In this document: one piece after another, positions 1 through 8,678 of the stretch
How the letters are laid out: each line of letters starts with the position of its first letter
Position numbering within the stretch: the first letter of the stretch is position 1
From: Candidatus Bathyarchaeia archaeon
GTDB taxonomy: Archaea > Thermoproteota > Bathyarchaeia > Bathyarchaeales > Bathycorpusculaceae
Length of the DNA: 64,000 nt
Direction: 5' to 3'
NCBI GenBank assembly: GCA_038883775.1
Contig: JAVZLM010000008.1
Span: forward strand, 32,001-96,000
Notes under the pieces: model-generated
Databases searched by the model: none
Seen by the model: only the letters and a program-made list of their open reading frames with translations
Told to the model about the DNA's origin: nothing
Made by a program: the position numbers and the translations under genes

Positions 1-5
1 TAAAC

Positions 6-1421
6 ATGGTGGTTAAAAACATTCCAAACCCAGCTGAAGCCCAAAAGTATCGAATACCAAAGATTTGGAAAGGCATGATAGATTCGGAAATAGGTAGGGC
101 AATGTTAAACTGCGACGAAAATGGACCAGCAACAATGTGCATAACAAATGTGCAATTCGACATAAATGAAGGACTAATTGCAACAGGAAGATTGTTTTCT
201 GGCTCACTAAAAGAGGGAGACCATGTCTATTTGGTTAATGCGGGAAAAGAATGCACCGTTAAACAAGTTTCGATTTATATGGGTTCTTTTAGAGAAAAAG
301 TTAACGAAATCACCGCCGGTAACATAACCGCCCTCTACAGTCTGGATTCGGCGAGGGCTGGAGAGACGCTTGTTGACGTAAAATGTAAGGGGGTTATGGT
401 TCCTTTTGAGCGGACAAGATACATTTCAGAACCAGTGATGACAATAGCTGTTGAGCCTAAAAATCCAAAAGATTTGCCACGCCTAATCGAAGCTATGAAT
501 AGGTTTTCCATAGAAGACCCAAACATCATCGCCACCATAGACAAGGAAACGGGACATTATTTGTTAAGTGGGATAGGCGAACTTCAATTAGAAATCGCCA
601 TGAAACTCCTTACTGAATACAGCGGAGGAATAGAACTATCCTCGTCAACTCCAACAGTCACCTACAGAGAAAGCATCACAGCAAAAGGTGCAACCGTCAC
701 CACGAAAACGCCAAACAAACAAAACAGTTTTCATGTTCAGGTGGAACCATTAGAAAAGGAAATTCTAGAATTAATCGAGAAAGGCGAATTTACAGAGGAA
801 ATGGCTGAAAAATTTTATGCCTTAAACAAGTATGGGAACATGTTTGTGAACTTAACAAATAACATAAGCGTAGAAAAAGTAAAGGAAAGCATAATTTTGG
901 GGTTCAACTGGGCATGCGGAAGAGGACCCCTCTGCGAGGAACCATTAAGAGGAGTTAAAGTCAATTTGGTTGATGCTGAAATTCGCGAAGACCCAAAATT
1001 GCATGAAACAGCCCAAGTCATGCGAGCCATAAGCCGCGCCATTTTAGGCTCAGTCTTAACAGCAAAACCCATCCTTCTCGAACCAATCTACAAAATTGAA
1101 GTTTCCGTTCCAACTCATTGGTTTGGCACGTGCTCAAACATCATAACCCGCAGACGCGGAAAAATACAGGCTACAGAAAACAGAGGAATCTTGACAATGA
1201 TTGAAGGATATATTCCAGTCGCAGAAACTTTTGGCTTATCCGCGGAGTTACGTTCAGCAACTTCTGGACGAGCCTTTTGGCAATGCACCTTCTCCCACTG
1301 GGAAAAAATCCCAGAAAATGTCGCTGCAGAAATTATAAAGCAAATTCGTGCAAGAAGAGGCTTGCCGCCAAAAATTCCAAAACCAGAAAAATTCATAAAC
1401 GAAATCCAAAACGCACATTAG
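6..1421 (+). CDS. Elongation factor 2 family protein, C-terminal part (GTPase domain upstream of window); probable EF-2 paralog
   Basis: EF-2 domain II-V motifs: GRLFSG, EPVMTIAVEPK, GIGELQL, GPLCEEPLRGVKV, LLEPIY, LRSATSGRA. The diphthamide loop reads EDPKLHETAQ instead of the usual HEDxxHRGPAQ. Confidence 0.9.
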   Translation: MVVKNIPNPAEAQKYRIPKIWKGMIDSEIGRAMLNCDENGPATMCITNVQFDINEGLIATGRLFSGSLKEGDHVYLVNAGKECTVKQVSIYMGSFREKVNEITAGNITALYSLDSARAGETLVDVKCKGVMVPFERTRYISEPVMTIAVEPKNPKDLPRLIEAMNRFSIEDPNIIATIDKETGHYLLSGIGELQLEIAMKLLTEYSGGIELSSSTPTVTYRESITAKGATVTTKTPNKQNSFHVQVEPLEKEILELIEKGEFTEEMAEKFYALNKYGNMFVNLTNNISVEKVKESIILGFNWACGRGPLCEEPLRGVKVNLVDAEIREDPKLHETAQVMRAISRAILGSVLTAKPILLEPIYKIEVSVPTHWFGTCSNIITRRRGKIQATENRGILTMIEGYIPVAETFGLSAELRSATSGRAFWQCTFSHWEKIPENVAAEIIKQIRARRGLPPKIPKPEKFINEIQNAH

Positions 1422-1447
1422 GCGTATAGTAAAAACGTGAAGTAAAC

Positions 1448-2320
1448 ATGAAAATTTGGTTGAACCCTTCATGCCTCTTCAATTTGGATGTGACACTTTG
1501 TTGTGGACAAGCCTTCAGATGGGATAAGCATAGTGGATGGTGGTATGGCGTAGTTGGAGGAAAGGTTCTGAAAATACGTCAGATTGACGACTTGTTGGAA
1601 TTTGAGAATGCTGATGCGGATTTTGTTAAAAACTATTTTGGGTTAAATGATAATTTGCCTCATATTCTTTCAGAAATAAGCAAAGACGAAAACATAAAAA
1701 AAGCAGTTAAAATGTTTAATGGTTTAAGGATTACTCGCCAAAATCCTTGGGAATGCCTAATCTCCTACATCTGCGCCACATACAAAAACATTTCAGCAAT
1801 AAAACAAATGCTATTTAACCTTTCCAAAAAATTCGGAGAAGAAATTCATTTTGAAGGACAAAAGTTCTATACATTTCCCACACCAGAAGGGCTGGCGAAA
1901 GCTGCAATCCAAGAATTAGCCAGTTGCGGACTCGGCTACAGAGTTAGGTATGTGGCTGAAACAGCTAAAGTGGTTTATGAAAACCATTTTGATTTGGAAA
2001 GTTTAAGAAATATGAGCTATGAAAAGGCAAGAAAAGAATTGTTAAAATTTAGTGGTATAGGCTTAAAGGTGGCAGATTGTGTTCTCCTATTCTCTTTGGG
2101 GAAGCTTGAAGCCTTTCCGGTGGATGTTTGGATAAAGCGTGCCATCCTCAAATATTATGCAAACCATTTTCCAAAAGAGTTTATATGGAAAATTTCTAGT
2201 AAAAAATCACTTAGCAATGCGGAATATGAGAAGTTAAATTTGTTTGGGAGAAAATATTTTGGAGAATATGCGGGGTACGCCCAAGAATACCTCTATCACT
2301 ATGAAAGAACAAGAGGCTAA
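1448..2320 (+). CDS. 8-oxoguanine DNA glycosylase (OGG1-like, HhH-GPD)
   Basis: N-terminal TLCCGQAFRW; LRITRQNPWECLIS; GLGYR; HhH GIGLKVADC; FPVDVW. Confidence 0.9.
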   Translation: MKIWLNPSCLFNLDVTLCCGQAFRWDKHSGWWYGVVGGKVLKIRQIDDLLEFENADADFVKNYFGLNDNLPHILSEISKDENIKKAVKMFNGLRITRQNPWECLISYICATYKNISAIKQMLFNLSKKFGEEIHFEGQKFYTFPTPEGLAKAAIQELASCGLGYRVRYVAETAKVVYENHFDLESLRNMSYEKARKELLKFSGIGLKVADCVLLFSLGKLEAFPVDVWIKRAILKYYANHFPKEFIWKISSKKSLSNAEYEKLNLFGRKYFGEYAGYAQEYLYHYERTRG

Positions 2321-2676
2321 ATGAGGTTTTTCTTCTTTAAAATTTCAGCTGCTTGGTTCCCATTGGTTGTTGTGATTGATATGGCTTCAGAAACAAGCGG
2401 CATGAGATTTACGTAACTATGCTCTTTAATGTGGTTGACGATTTCATTAAGCTTGGCATTAACGTTTTGAAAGCCTTCAACTCCTGAAGCGTTTGCGGCA
2501 ATGTTAACTTCATGAATCAAAGCATTGAGATATGCCAGTAAAAGTTTCTCCGCTCCCGCTATCTCCTCATTTTTCATACTGCCTAAAACTTCCAAAAGGC
2601 TGGCGGTTATAATCAAATTTGACTTTATCTTTTCCGCATAGTGAAAAGCAATTATGGTTTTTTTAATTTCTGACAA
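2317..2676 (-). CDS. Hypothetical helical protein
   Basis: 119-aa ORF convergent with the glycosylase; no recognised motif. Confidence 0.6.
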   Translation of the reverse strand: MSEIKKTIIAFHYAEKIKSNLIITASLLEVLGSMKNEEIAGAEKLLLAYLNALIHEVNIAANASGVEGFQNVNAKLNEIVNHIKEHSYVNLMPLVSEAISITTTNGNQAAEILKKKNLI

Positions 2677-2735
2677 GGCATTTTCTCTCGAACAAAAATA
2701 AGCCTATAACTGGATAAGCTTTTTGTCATTCAAGC

Positions 2736-3017
2736 CTATTCAGCAGAAGCTCTCCTTCGCCATTTTTCAATCCTTTTCGCGACTTCATCCTCAAGCTTTT
2801 TCCTAGAAATAAGGCGCCCCCGTACTATAACCTCATCGTCCAGGGCTATGCTTGGAGCGCCCACAATTTCAAGGGCTAAACCTTCCTTAAAACCCTCCTC
2901 AGTCGCCATATTTACTTCCCTAAAAGGAATACCAAACTTTTCCGCAACCTCTCGTGCAACAATTTTAGCTGTTGGACAAACAGGGCATGTGGGCAAAGTG
3001 AAAACCTTCAACTCCAT
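2736..3017 (-). CDS. Thioredoxin/glutaredoxin-like protein
   Basis: CPVC active-site motif and cis-Pro motif GAPSI; 93 aa. Confidence 0.85.
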   Translation of the reverse strand: MELKVFTLPTCPVCPTAKIVAREVAEKFGIPFREVNMATEEGFKEGLALEIVGAPSIALDDEVIVRGRLISRKKLEDEVAKRIEKWRRRASAE

Positions 3018-3131
3018 TTGGCTCCTCTCTCCAAAACACGATTTTATAAGGGAACAACTTTTAAACCTTTCATAATTTTTGCTTTAAAGCGGAAAACGTT
3101 TAAATTAAATTAAAAATAGCATAATTAAAGG

Positions 3132-3206
3132 GGGCCCGTAGCTCAGCACGGTTAGAGCGACAGGCTCATAACCTGTTGGTCCCCGGTTCAAATCCGGGCG
3201 GGCCCA
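3132..3206 (+). tRNA. tRNA with CAT anticodon, most likely tRNA-Ile2
   Basis: Cloverleaf: acceptor GGGCCCG/CGGGCCC, anticodon arm ACAGG-CTCATAA-CCTGT, T arm CCCGG-TTCAAAT-CCGGG. The GGGCCC acceptor stem is typical of archaeal Ile tRNAs, not initiator (A1-U72). Confidence 0.9.
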
Positions 3207-3210
3207 TTGC

Positions 3211-3693
3211 TTATGCTTCTTTCAGCTTTTTAACAAGGCTAGCTGTTCTTTTTCCAAGTTCACGGCAGTTCTCGAGTTCTTTCTTATCGGGTGACTCCAC
3301 CGCTGCTGCACCATAATGTTTGTTGTTTGCTCTTCCTTGGACTATCATGCCGTGAACTAGCATGGCTTGGATTATTGAAATTAACGTGGTTTCTGCGCCT
3401 GTGGCTGTTCCACCCGAACTCGTGAAGGCGGCACCAACTTTTCCTTCGAGTTTTCCATGGATTCTAACAGACTCGTCGATTAGCGCCTTAAGCTTAGCGG
3501 ACATTTGCCCATAATACGTTGGCGAACCCATTATTATTCCATCAGCCATCAGCAAATCATCGAGGCTTGTCTGGTCAGCTTTCTTAACAACTACTTCAAT
3601 GCCTTCCACTTGTTTTGCTCCTTCAGCCACAGCCAACGCCATTTTTTCAGTATTGCCAGTTTTAGAATCATAAACCACAAGGACTTTTGCCAT
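3211..3693 (-). CDS. Flavodoxin / WrbA-like NAD(P)H-dependent FMN oxidoreductase
   Basis: FMN loop YDSKTGNTEKMA; GSPTYYG; GAAFTSSG. Start moved to MAKV. Confidence 0.9.
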   Translation of the reverse strand: MAKVLVVYDSKTGNTEKMALAVAEGAKQVEGIEVVVKKADQTSLDDLLMADGIIMGSPTYYGQMSAKLKALIDESVRIHGKLEGKVGAAFTSSGGTATGAETTLISIIQAMLVHGMIVQGRANNKHYGAAAVESPDKKELENCRELGKRTASLVKKLKEA

Positions 3694-4043
3694 TTCACTA
3701 TTCACTCTCAGAATGAATGCTATAACAATTTTGTATATTAGTTTTATGAGCAAGAAAGTGAATAGAAGATTTTTCCATAAGCTATAAGTGTTTAAATCGC
3801 ATTAAAACTTCATGAGGAGAATGGCGGAATCTTATAAAGGGAGAAAGGAGAGAAGGGAGAAAAACAGTCATTCTACCATTCTCCTCATACATCATTCTTC
3901 ATTATGCATACACATGTTGCTTTTAAACTTTTCTTTGAATTTCGGATTTAACCTCAAATAAGTGTACTTCAAAGGTTTATTTCCAACCGCATTTCGGTGG
4001 TTTAGTAAGCTTAATAACGCTTTTTCAATGACGAAAAACATTT

Positions 4044-4090
4044 TGGTGCGGTCGCCGGGATTTGAACCCGGGTCGTCAGCGTGGCAGGCT
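4044..4090. repeat. att direct repeat (duplicated 3' half of tRNA-Gly)
   Basis: TGGTGCGGTCGCCGGGATTTGAACCCGGGTCGTCAGCGTGGCAGGCT is identical to 6977-7023. Confidence 0.97.
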
Positions 4091-4894
4091 CATCCTACCA
4101 TTGATTACCATCAAGTTAAGGCAGGGTTCATTGATTATTTAGAGTCGCACAAGTTTAACAGGCGATATATTAAATGCATCTTAAGTTACCTCGATAAATA
4201 TGCAACAATAATCGCTGAACCGTCCGACATTCATAAAATGTTCTCAAAGTTAACTGTTGGGCAGCAGCATAATCTTAATCGTGGCATACGCAACTTACTC
4301 AATTTTATGCAGACGCAAGGTTATCCAGAGGATTACCTTAACTTGTTGCGTAAGAGCATACCGAAAGAGCATATCGGCGTAGACCTTAAAGTGCCCGAGG
4401 AATGCGACATTGTTAAATCACTTAAAATGTTAAATAAAATTGCTCCCAAATATTCTGCGCTCTATAACCTATTGCTGGACAGCGGATTAAGGTTAATTGA
4501 GGCAATCGAGACAATTAACAACTTTAAAAATGCAGAGGGTGTTAACGGATTTTATCGTATAACTGTTGGTATGTTCAGGAACACTAAACAGGCATATTAT
4601 GCATACCTTACGGACACAACTTATAATCAATTACTCAATTTGAGCGAATCAATAAATCCTCTCGCTGCATCGCATTATTACCTTAAATATGGACTTGTCG
4701 CACCCAAGTATCTGCGCAAGTTCGCCTTTGACAAAATGGTTCAACTTGAGATTCCTGAATCAGTTGCCGATTTTATCGAGGGCAGAGTGGCTAAACGCAT
4801 CGGCGCTAAACATTACATGGCGTTAAGGCGTCAGGCGGACAATTGGTATAGTCGGTATGCAGATTACCTTAATAGCCTACGCAGCCGACTTTAA
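4046..4894 (+). CDS. SSV1-type tyrosine integrase, C-terminal fragment int(C)
   Basis: LLLDSGLRLIE (catalytic R), TKQAY (K), KYLRKF (YxxR), DFIEGR, KHYM (catalytic Y). Begins inside the att repeat. Confidence 0.9.
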   Translation: MRSPGFEPGSSAWQAHPTIDYHQVKAGFIDYLESHKFNRRYIKCILSYLDKYATIIAEPSDIHKMFSKLTVGQQHNLNRGIRNLLNFMQTQGYPEDYLNLLRKSIPKEHIGVDLKVPEECDIVKSLKMLNKIAPKYSALYNLLLDSGLRLIEAIETINNFKNAEGVNGFYRITVGMFRNTKQAYYAYLTDTTYNQLLNLSESINPLAASHYYLKYGLVAPKYLRKFAFDKMVQLEIPESVADFIEGRVAKRIGAKHYMALRRQADNWYSRYADYLNSLRSRL

Positions 4895-4929
4895 CCCCTC
4901 TTTCTTTATTGAGGCTCCATAAAATCGCT

Positions 4930-5710
4930 AATCGAAAATCTCATCCGTGCAACATATATTAAATCGTAGGATGCGGGCAGAATGTTAATCATACTCTGCA
5001 AGGCGGAAAATTCTTGACGAAAATCAGAGCGCAACTGAGCTAGGCTGTCGATTGTTCTGCTGTGTCATACTCTTGCGGTGGCATAAATCTCGTTGATTTC
5101 GTTGAACAGGGTTAAAATCTTGTGTCTTGTGCACAACGATTTTAAAGACTCTCACCGCCTACTCCCCTTTCGGACACCTAGGTTAAAATTCGTGTGCACT
5201 GAACACAAGATTTTAACGCTGATTTAAAATTGCAACGAGATTTATGAGAACGCTCTCTGCATCGGGTAAATCTGCAATGCCTCTGTGGTTCTGAATTATT
5301 TTAAAATCTCATCAGCTCAACATATTGTAAAATTGAAAAATTGTAGCTCGTATAAGAAAGATCACCCTTTAACACCCTCTTATTTTTCGTCACTCAATAA
5401 GATTATTAAAGGTGAAGCGCAATTTTTCCTAGACGGGCTACAATTTTACAATTTTACATATTCAGGTTCCGCATCGGGTAAATCTGCAATGTTTCTACCT
5501 TTCAACCTTGGTAGGATATAGGGCACGTTAAGACGCACATTTTCACAGACCTATTCTCTCAAGGTAGAAAGGTTGAAACAATGTCTCTCCGTTTCATCAG
5601 TTACAGAATACCTATCAGAGTGAGTCGAGATTTACGCTATACCTATCCTCTAACGTGTGAAGCGAAGAGACATTGCAGCAATTGAACCCGTAACCGTAGT
5701 CCTGCAATGA
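4930..5710. repeat. Non-coding array of long imperfect inverted repeats with interspersed direct repeats
   Basis: Stem-loops at 5082-5246, 5326-5458, 5491-5579 and 5580-5674; 21-bp direct repeat GCATCGGGTAAATCTGCAATG at 5259 and 5471. Confidence 0.8.
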
Positions 5711-6465
5711 CCCTGCGTTTCTGCGCCATAATCAAGGAGCGATTTAGGTTTAGGTTTTATCAAGTTCGCTAATTCTTTAACCGGCTCTAATTGATTTAAC
5801 GGTTTAACCATACCATCATAGTTAGGAGTAATTTTCTCACCTTTATGACTAATTTTCCAACCATTCTCTCCTGCTAAAATTGTTTTAACTTTATCGAAGC
5901 CTCATATCTTACATTCGCCAATGTCAGCGTTTTTAACTTGTTCAGGGTTGGTTATCTCTTGTGGCACGTCGCTTCTAGCGTCAAAAATGTACCATCTTTC
6001 TTTGCCTTTATGATAAACTTTAGCAATGCAATTAAACCGTTTTATTTGCACTTGGACGAAATAGTCACTTTCCCTCTTATGTTTTGTATGTATTGGAAAC
6101 ACCGCATAAGTATGAAAAGGTCTCGCAGACCCAATCTCAAAAGTTAACCCATTGTCAAGTTTAAAGTCCCATGGTCGCCTATCTTTATCTTCTTCCCAGT
6201 AATTAGGTTTTCTTTGATTCCATTGATAATCTTTACCAGGTTTTAACTTCGCCTCTTTAAGAAACTGATTAAACGCTAATTCTGCCGCTACCCCTAACAT
6301 ATTCTCTATGGGTCCTTTATGAGGATAACCCCTTTTATCATATTCTTTAATAGCAATTGACACTTGCTCTTCAAGGAAATTCTTGTCGATGTTTTCGATG
6401 ATAATCTCCCCGTTTAATGGATGAGTTGAGTCTTTCACTCTTGCACGCCATATCTTTTGTATCAT
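5650..6465 (-). pseudogene. Restriction-endonuclease-like (PD-(D/E)XK-like) ORF interrupted by an in-frame TGA at 5902-5904
   Basis: GVAAELAF...WDFKL...FEIGS resembles the E...D...ExK nuclease core. The frame stays open for 83 more codons after the TGA (CKI*GFDKVKTILAG...). Confidence 0.55.
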
Positions 6466-6632
6466 TGTTTAGTCGCCTCTATGATTAACCGTTCTCCATC
6501 AATGCGAATCTTAACAGAGTCACCGTCTTTGAATGGGAACGTCGAATCAATCACTAAATCCGCTGGGACATAAATTATGCCCGTTCTGCCCCGCATTGGC
6601 GTTTTGAACGTGCCGATAGCCTCTTTAACCAT
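6462..6632 (-). CDS. AbrB/MazE/SpoVT-like small DNA-binding protein (56 aa, not in ORF track)
   Basis: MVKEAIGTFKTPMRGRTGIIYVPADLVIDSTFPFKDGDSVKIRIDGERLIIEATKQ; GGTGA RBS upstream; ATGA overlap with the downstream ORF. Confidence 0.75.
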   Translation of the reverse strand: MVKEAIGTFKTPMRGRTGIIYVPADLVIDSTFPFKDGDSVKIRIDGERLIIEATKQ

Positions 6633-6753
6633 TTTACCATCACCATTATACGTAAAGGCATAGCGATATTTAAAGATTACGAATATTTTACCCGATACTT
6701 TATTCGATAACTTTAAATATGGCGATGGCTACATTATAATCGAGGATGATAAA

Positions 6754-7023
6754 ATGTTAAGTAAGGTCGAATTAGATTACCTTAAATCGCCAGACGCATT
6801 TAACCCAGATTATCAGCGAATCTTACGTTATCGTATCCGCCATAAAGTTGAACGCCTCAAAGTTATAATGCCATTGTTGGAGGCTAACGGTTTCAGCGTT
6901 ATAAATAATTGTAACAGCGTTACGGAATCTTATAACGGTCAACGGAGCGTAAATCAGACTCTTTTCGATAAAAGAATGGTGCGGTCGCCGGGATTTGAAC
7001 CCGGGTCGTCAGCGTGGCAGGCT
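6754..7023 (+). CDS. Integrase N-terminal fragment int(N)
   Basis: ORF runs into the att repeat in the same frame as int(C) (both contain VRSPGFEPGSSAWQA); GAGGA RBS upstream. Confidence 0.85.
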
Positions 7024-7054
7024 GATGTCCTAGACCAGGCTAGACTACGACCGC
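6977..7054 (-). tRNA. tRNA-Gly(GCC), CCA encoded
   Basis: GCGGTCG...TCAGC-CTGCCAC-GCTGA...CCGGG-TTCAAAT-CCCGG-CGACCGC-ACCA. Confidence 0.95.
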
Positions 7055-7287
7055 TTTGAGATGATTATAACGTTTTTCTTTATTTCTTTTTCTTAAAAAT
7101 GTAACATTACCAAGCGTAGTACAAGCTTGGTAGAAATCAGCCTTATGTTGACGATTTGAAATTAAAATCCTCTGTTATAGCTAACCAACTCAAGTAAGGA
7201 AGGTTTCATCTATTTTTAACGAAAAAATTAAAAGTGTGACGGATATTTTGCTCTTTCTAAACATCTCATGGAAGTGAAAGCAAACAA

Positions 7288-8544
7288 ATGGGATTAATTG
7301 ACCCTCTACCGGCACTTATTATCGCTTTCTCTTTTCTTGTTGTACTACTGTATAAACGTGTAAATCTTGCAATAACATTAAATTCTACAGCCTTGCTTTT
7401 AGCCTTACTTGCATTGGATTGGCAAAACATTCCCACAGTAATTTTTGAAACTACAAATTATTCAACTGTTGAGGGAATACAAACAATTTTTGTTGTACTT
7501 GCAACTTTTGGTATTACTTTGTTAAGTCAACTCTATAACGAAACAGGAGAAATTAAGCATCTCAGTGAAAGCTTAAGCAAAATTATTAAAAACTCAAAAA
7601 TAATTTCAAGCATGCTTCCAGCAATCATCGGTTTTCTTCCTGTTGCTGGCGGAGCATTAATGTCAGCGCCAATAGTTGATGCTGAAACAGAAAAATTGAG
7701 ACTAACACCGGAGAAGAAAACATATGTAAACTTGTGGTTTAGGCATACAATTTTTCCAGTTTACCCCATTAGTCAGCTGTTAATAACAACTGCCGCACTC
7801 ACTAGTGTACCCATGTTCCTGATAATCTTACATCAGATTCCAGTTGTTACCACCATGATAATTATTGGATACCTCATCGCTTTTTGGAAAGTTTCCAGTT
7901 TGAAGAGCCGAGAAAAAAGTGGAGAAAATGGGTTAAAATCAAACTTGCATGATTTTTTTGTTTCTTTTTCCCCGATTTTGGCAACGATAGTCATAGTTGT
8001 TGTATTAGGCTTAACGGGTTTTAATTTGTCTAAGCAGGGGGTTGACGTTCTTATAGCAACGTTTATTGGAATACTCCTTTTAATTTTTATTTCAAAAACA
8101 AATCTGGAAACTTTGACAAAAACTTTAAAAAATAGAGGAATTTATGGAATCACATTTGCAGTTTATGGAGCTTTTTTACTGAGAAACATTATTAAAGCTG
8201 GAGGAGTATCTGAAGTTTTTAAAACGTTGATTATGAACGGAAACGTTAACACAGTGGTGCTTTTAACCATTATTCCAAGTACCCTAGGGTTCCTCACAGG
8301 TTCCCCTTTGGCAGGAGTCTCAATAAGCGTCTCGATAATGGCAGGAGTCGTACAGTTTTTGCCTAAGGTTGCTTCACTTATTTACATGAGCGCTTATCTT
8401 GGGTATATTATATCTCCTACACATCTATGTTTCACGTTTACAGCAGAGTATTTTAAATGTCCACTTGGAAAAGCCTACAAATATGTGATTCCATCATCTT
8501 TAGCCACGTTTATGGTTACACTGCTAATCTACTTAATATTTTAG
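7288..8544 (+). CDS. DUF401-family / IT-superfamily membrane protein
   Basis: Multi-TM; GFLPVAGGALMSAP, NLWFRH, SPTHLC motifs. Confidence 0.8.
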   Translation: MGLIDPLPALIIAFSFLVVLLYKRVNLAITLNSTALLLALLALDWQNIPTVIFETTNYSTVEGIQTIFVVLATFGITLLSQLYNETGEIKHLSESLSKIIKNSKIISSMLPAIIGFLPVAGGALMSAPIVDAETEKLRLTPEKKTYVNLWFRHTIFPVYPISQLLITTAALTSVPMFLIILHQIPVVTTMIIIGYLIAFWKVSSLKSREKSGENGLKSNLHDFFVSFSPILATIVIVVVLGLTGFNLSKQGVDVLIATFIGILLLIFISKTNLETLTKTLKNRGIYGITFAVYGAFLLRNIIKAGGVSEVFKTLIMNGNVNTVVLLTIIPSTLGFLTGSPLAGVSISVSIMAGVVQFLPKVASLIYMSAYLGYIISPTHLCFTFTAEYFKCPLGKAYKYVIPSSLATFMVTLLIYLIF

Positions 8545-8678
8545 ACAAATTTTCCATTCAACTTTCAAGTTAAAAACTGAAAATCGCAAGTGAACCATTG
8601 CTTCATACAAAACCTTTGGAACAGAAAGATAGATATTTCATAAAAATATAAGAAGCGAACGTTAATAGGTGATGAAGT

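Larger units (their letters stand above)
4044..7023. mobile_element. Small integrated element (2933-bp predicted circle) inserted in tRNA-Gly via an SSV1-type split integrase
   Basis: Perfect 47-bp direct repeats at 4044-4090 and 6977-7023 (3' half of tRNA-Gly); the integrase is split in frame across them. Confidence 0.92.

Noticed and set aside
3132-3206. tRNA-Met call for the CAT tRNA
   Set aside because: It lacks initiator hallmarks (A1-U72, three G-C anticodon-stem pairs), and the acceptor stem matches Ile-type tRNAs. Elongator Met is not fully excluded.
3962-4043. ORF-track N-terminus of the integrase (MYFKGL...)
   Set aside because: It lies outside the att repeat in host DNA; the true N-terminus is the 6754 fragment.
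5259-5491. 21-bp direct repeats as a mini CRISPR array
   Set aside because: Only two exact copies, 212 bp apart, and the intervening DNA is a long hairpin rather than a spacer.
5285-5521. 78-aa ORF in the mini-element
   Set aside because: It runs through the inverted-repeat array, with no RBS or recognisable motif.
5902-5904. TGA as a selenocysteine codon
   Set aside because: The context is not a redox or Cys motif, and no Sec machinery is seen in the window; a nonsense mutation is simpler.
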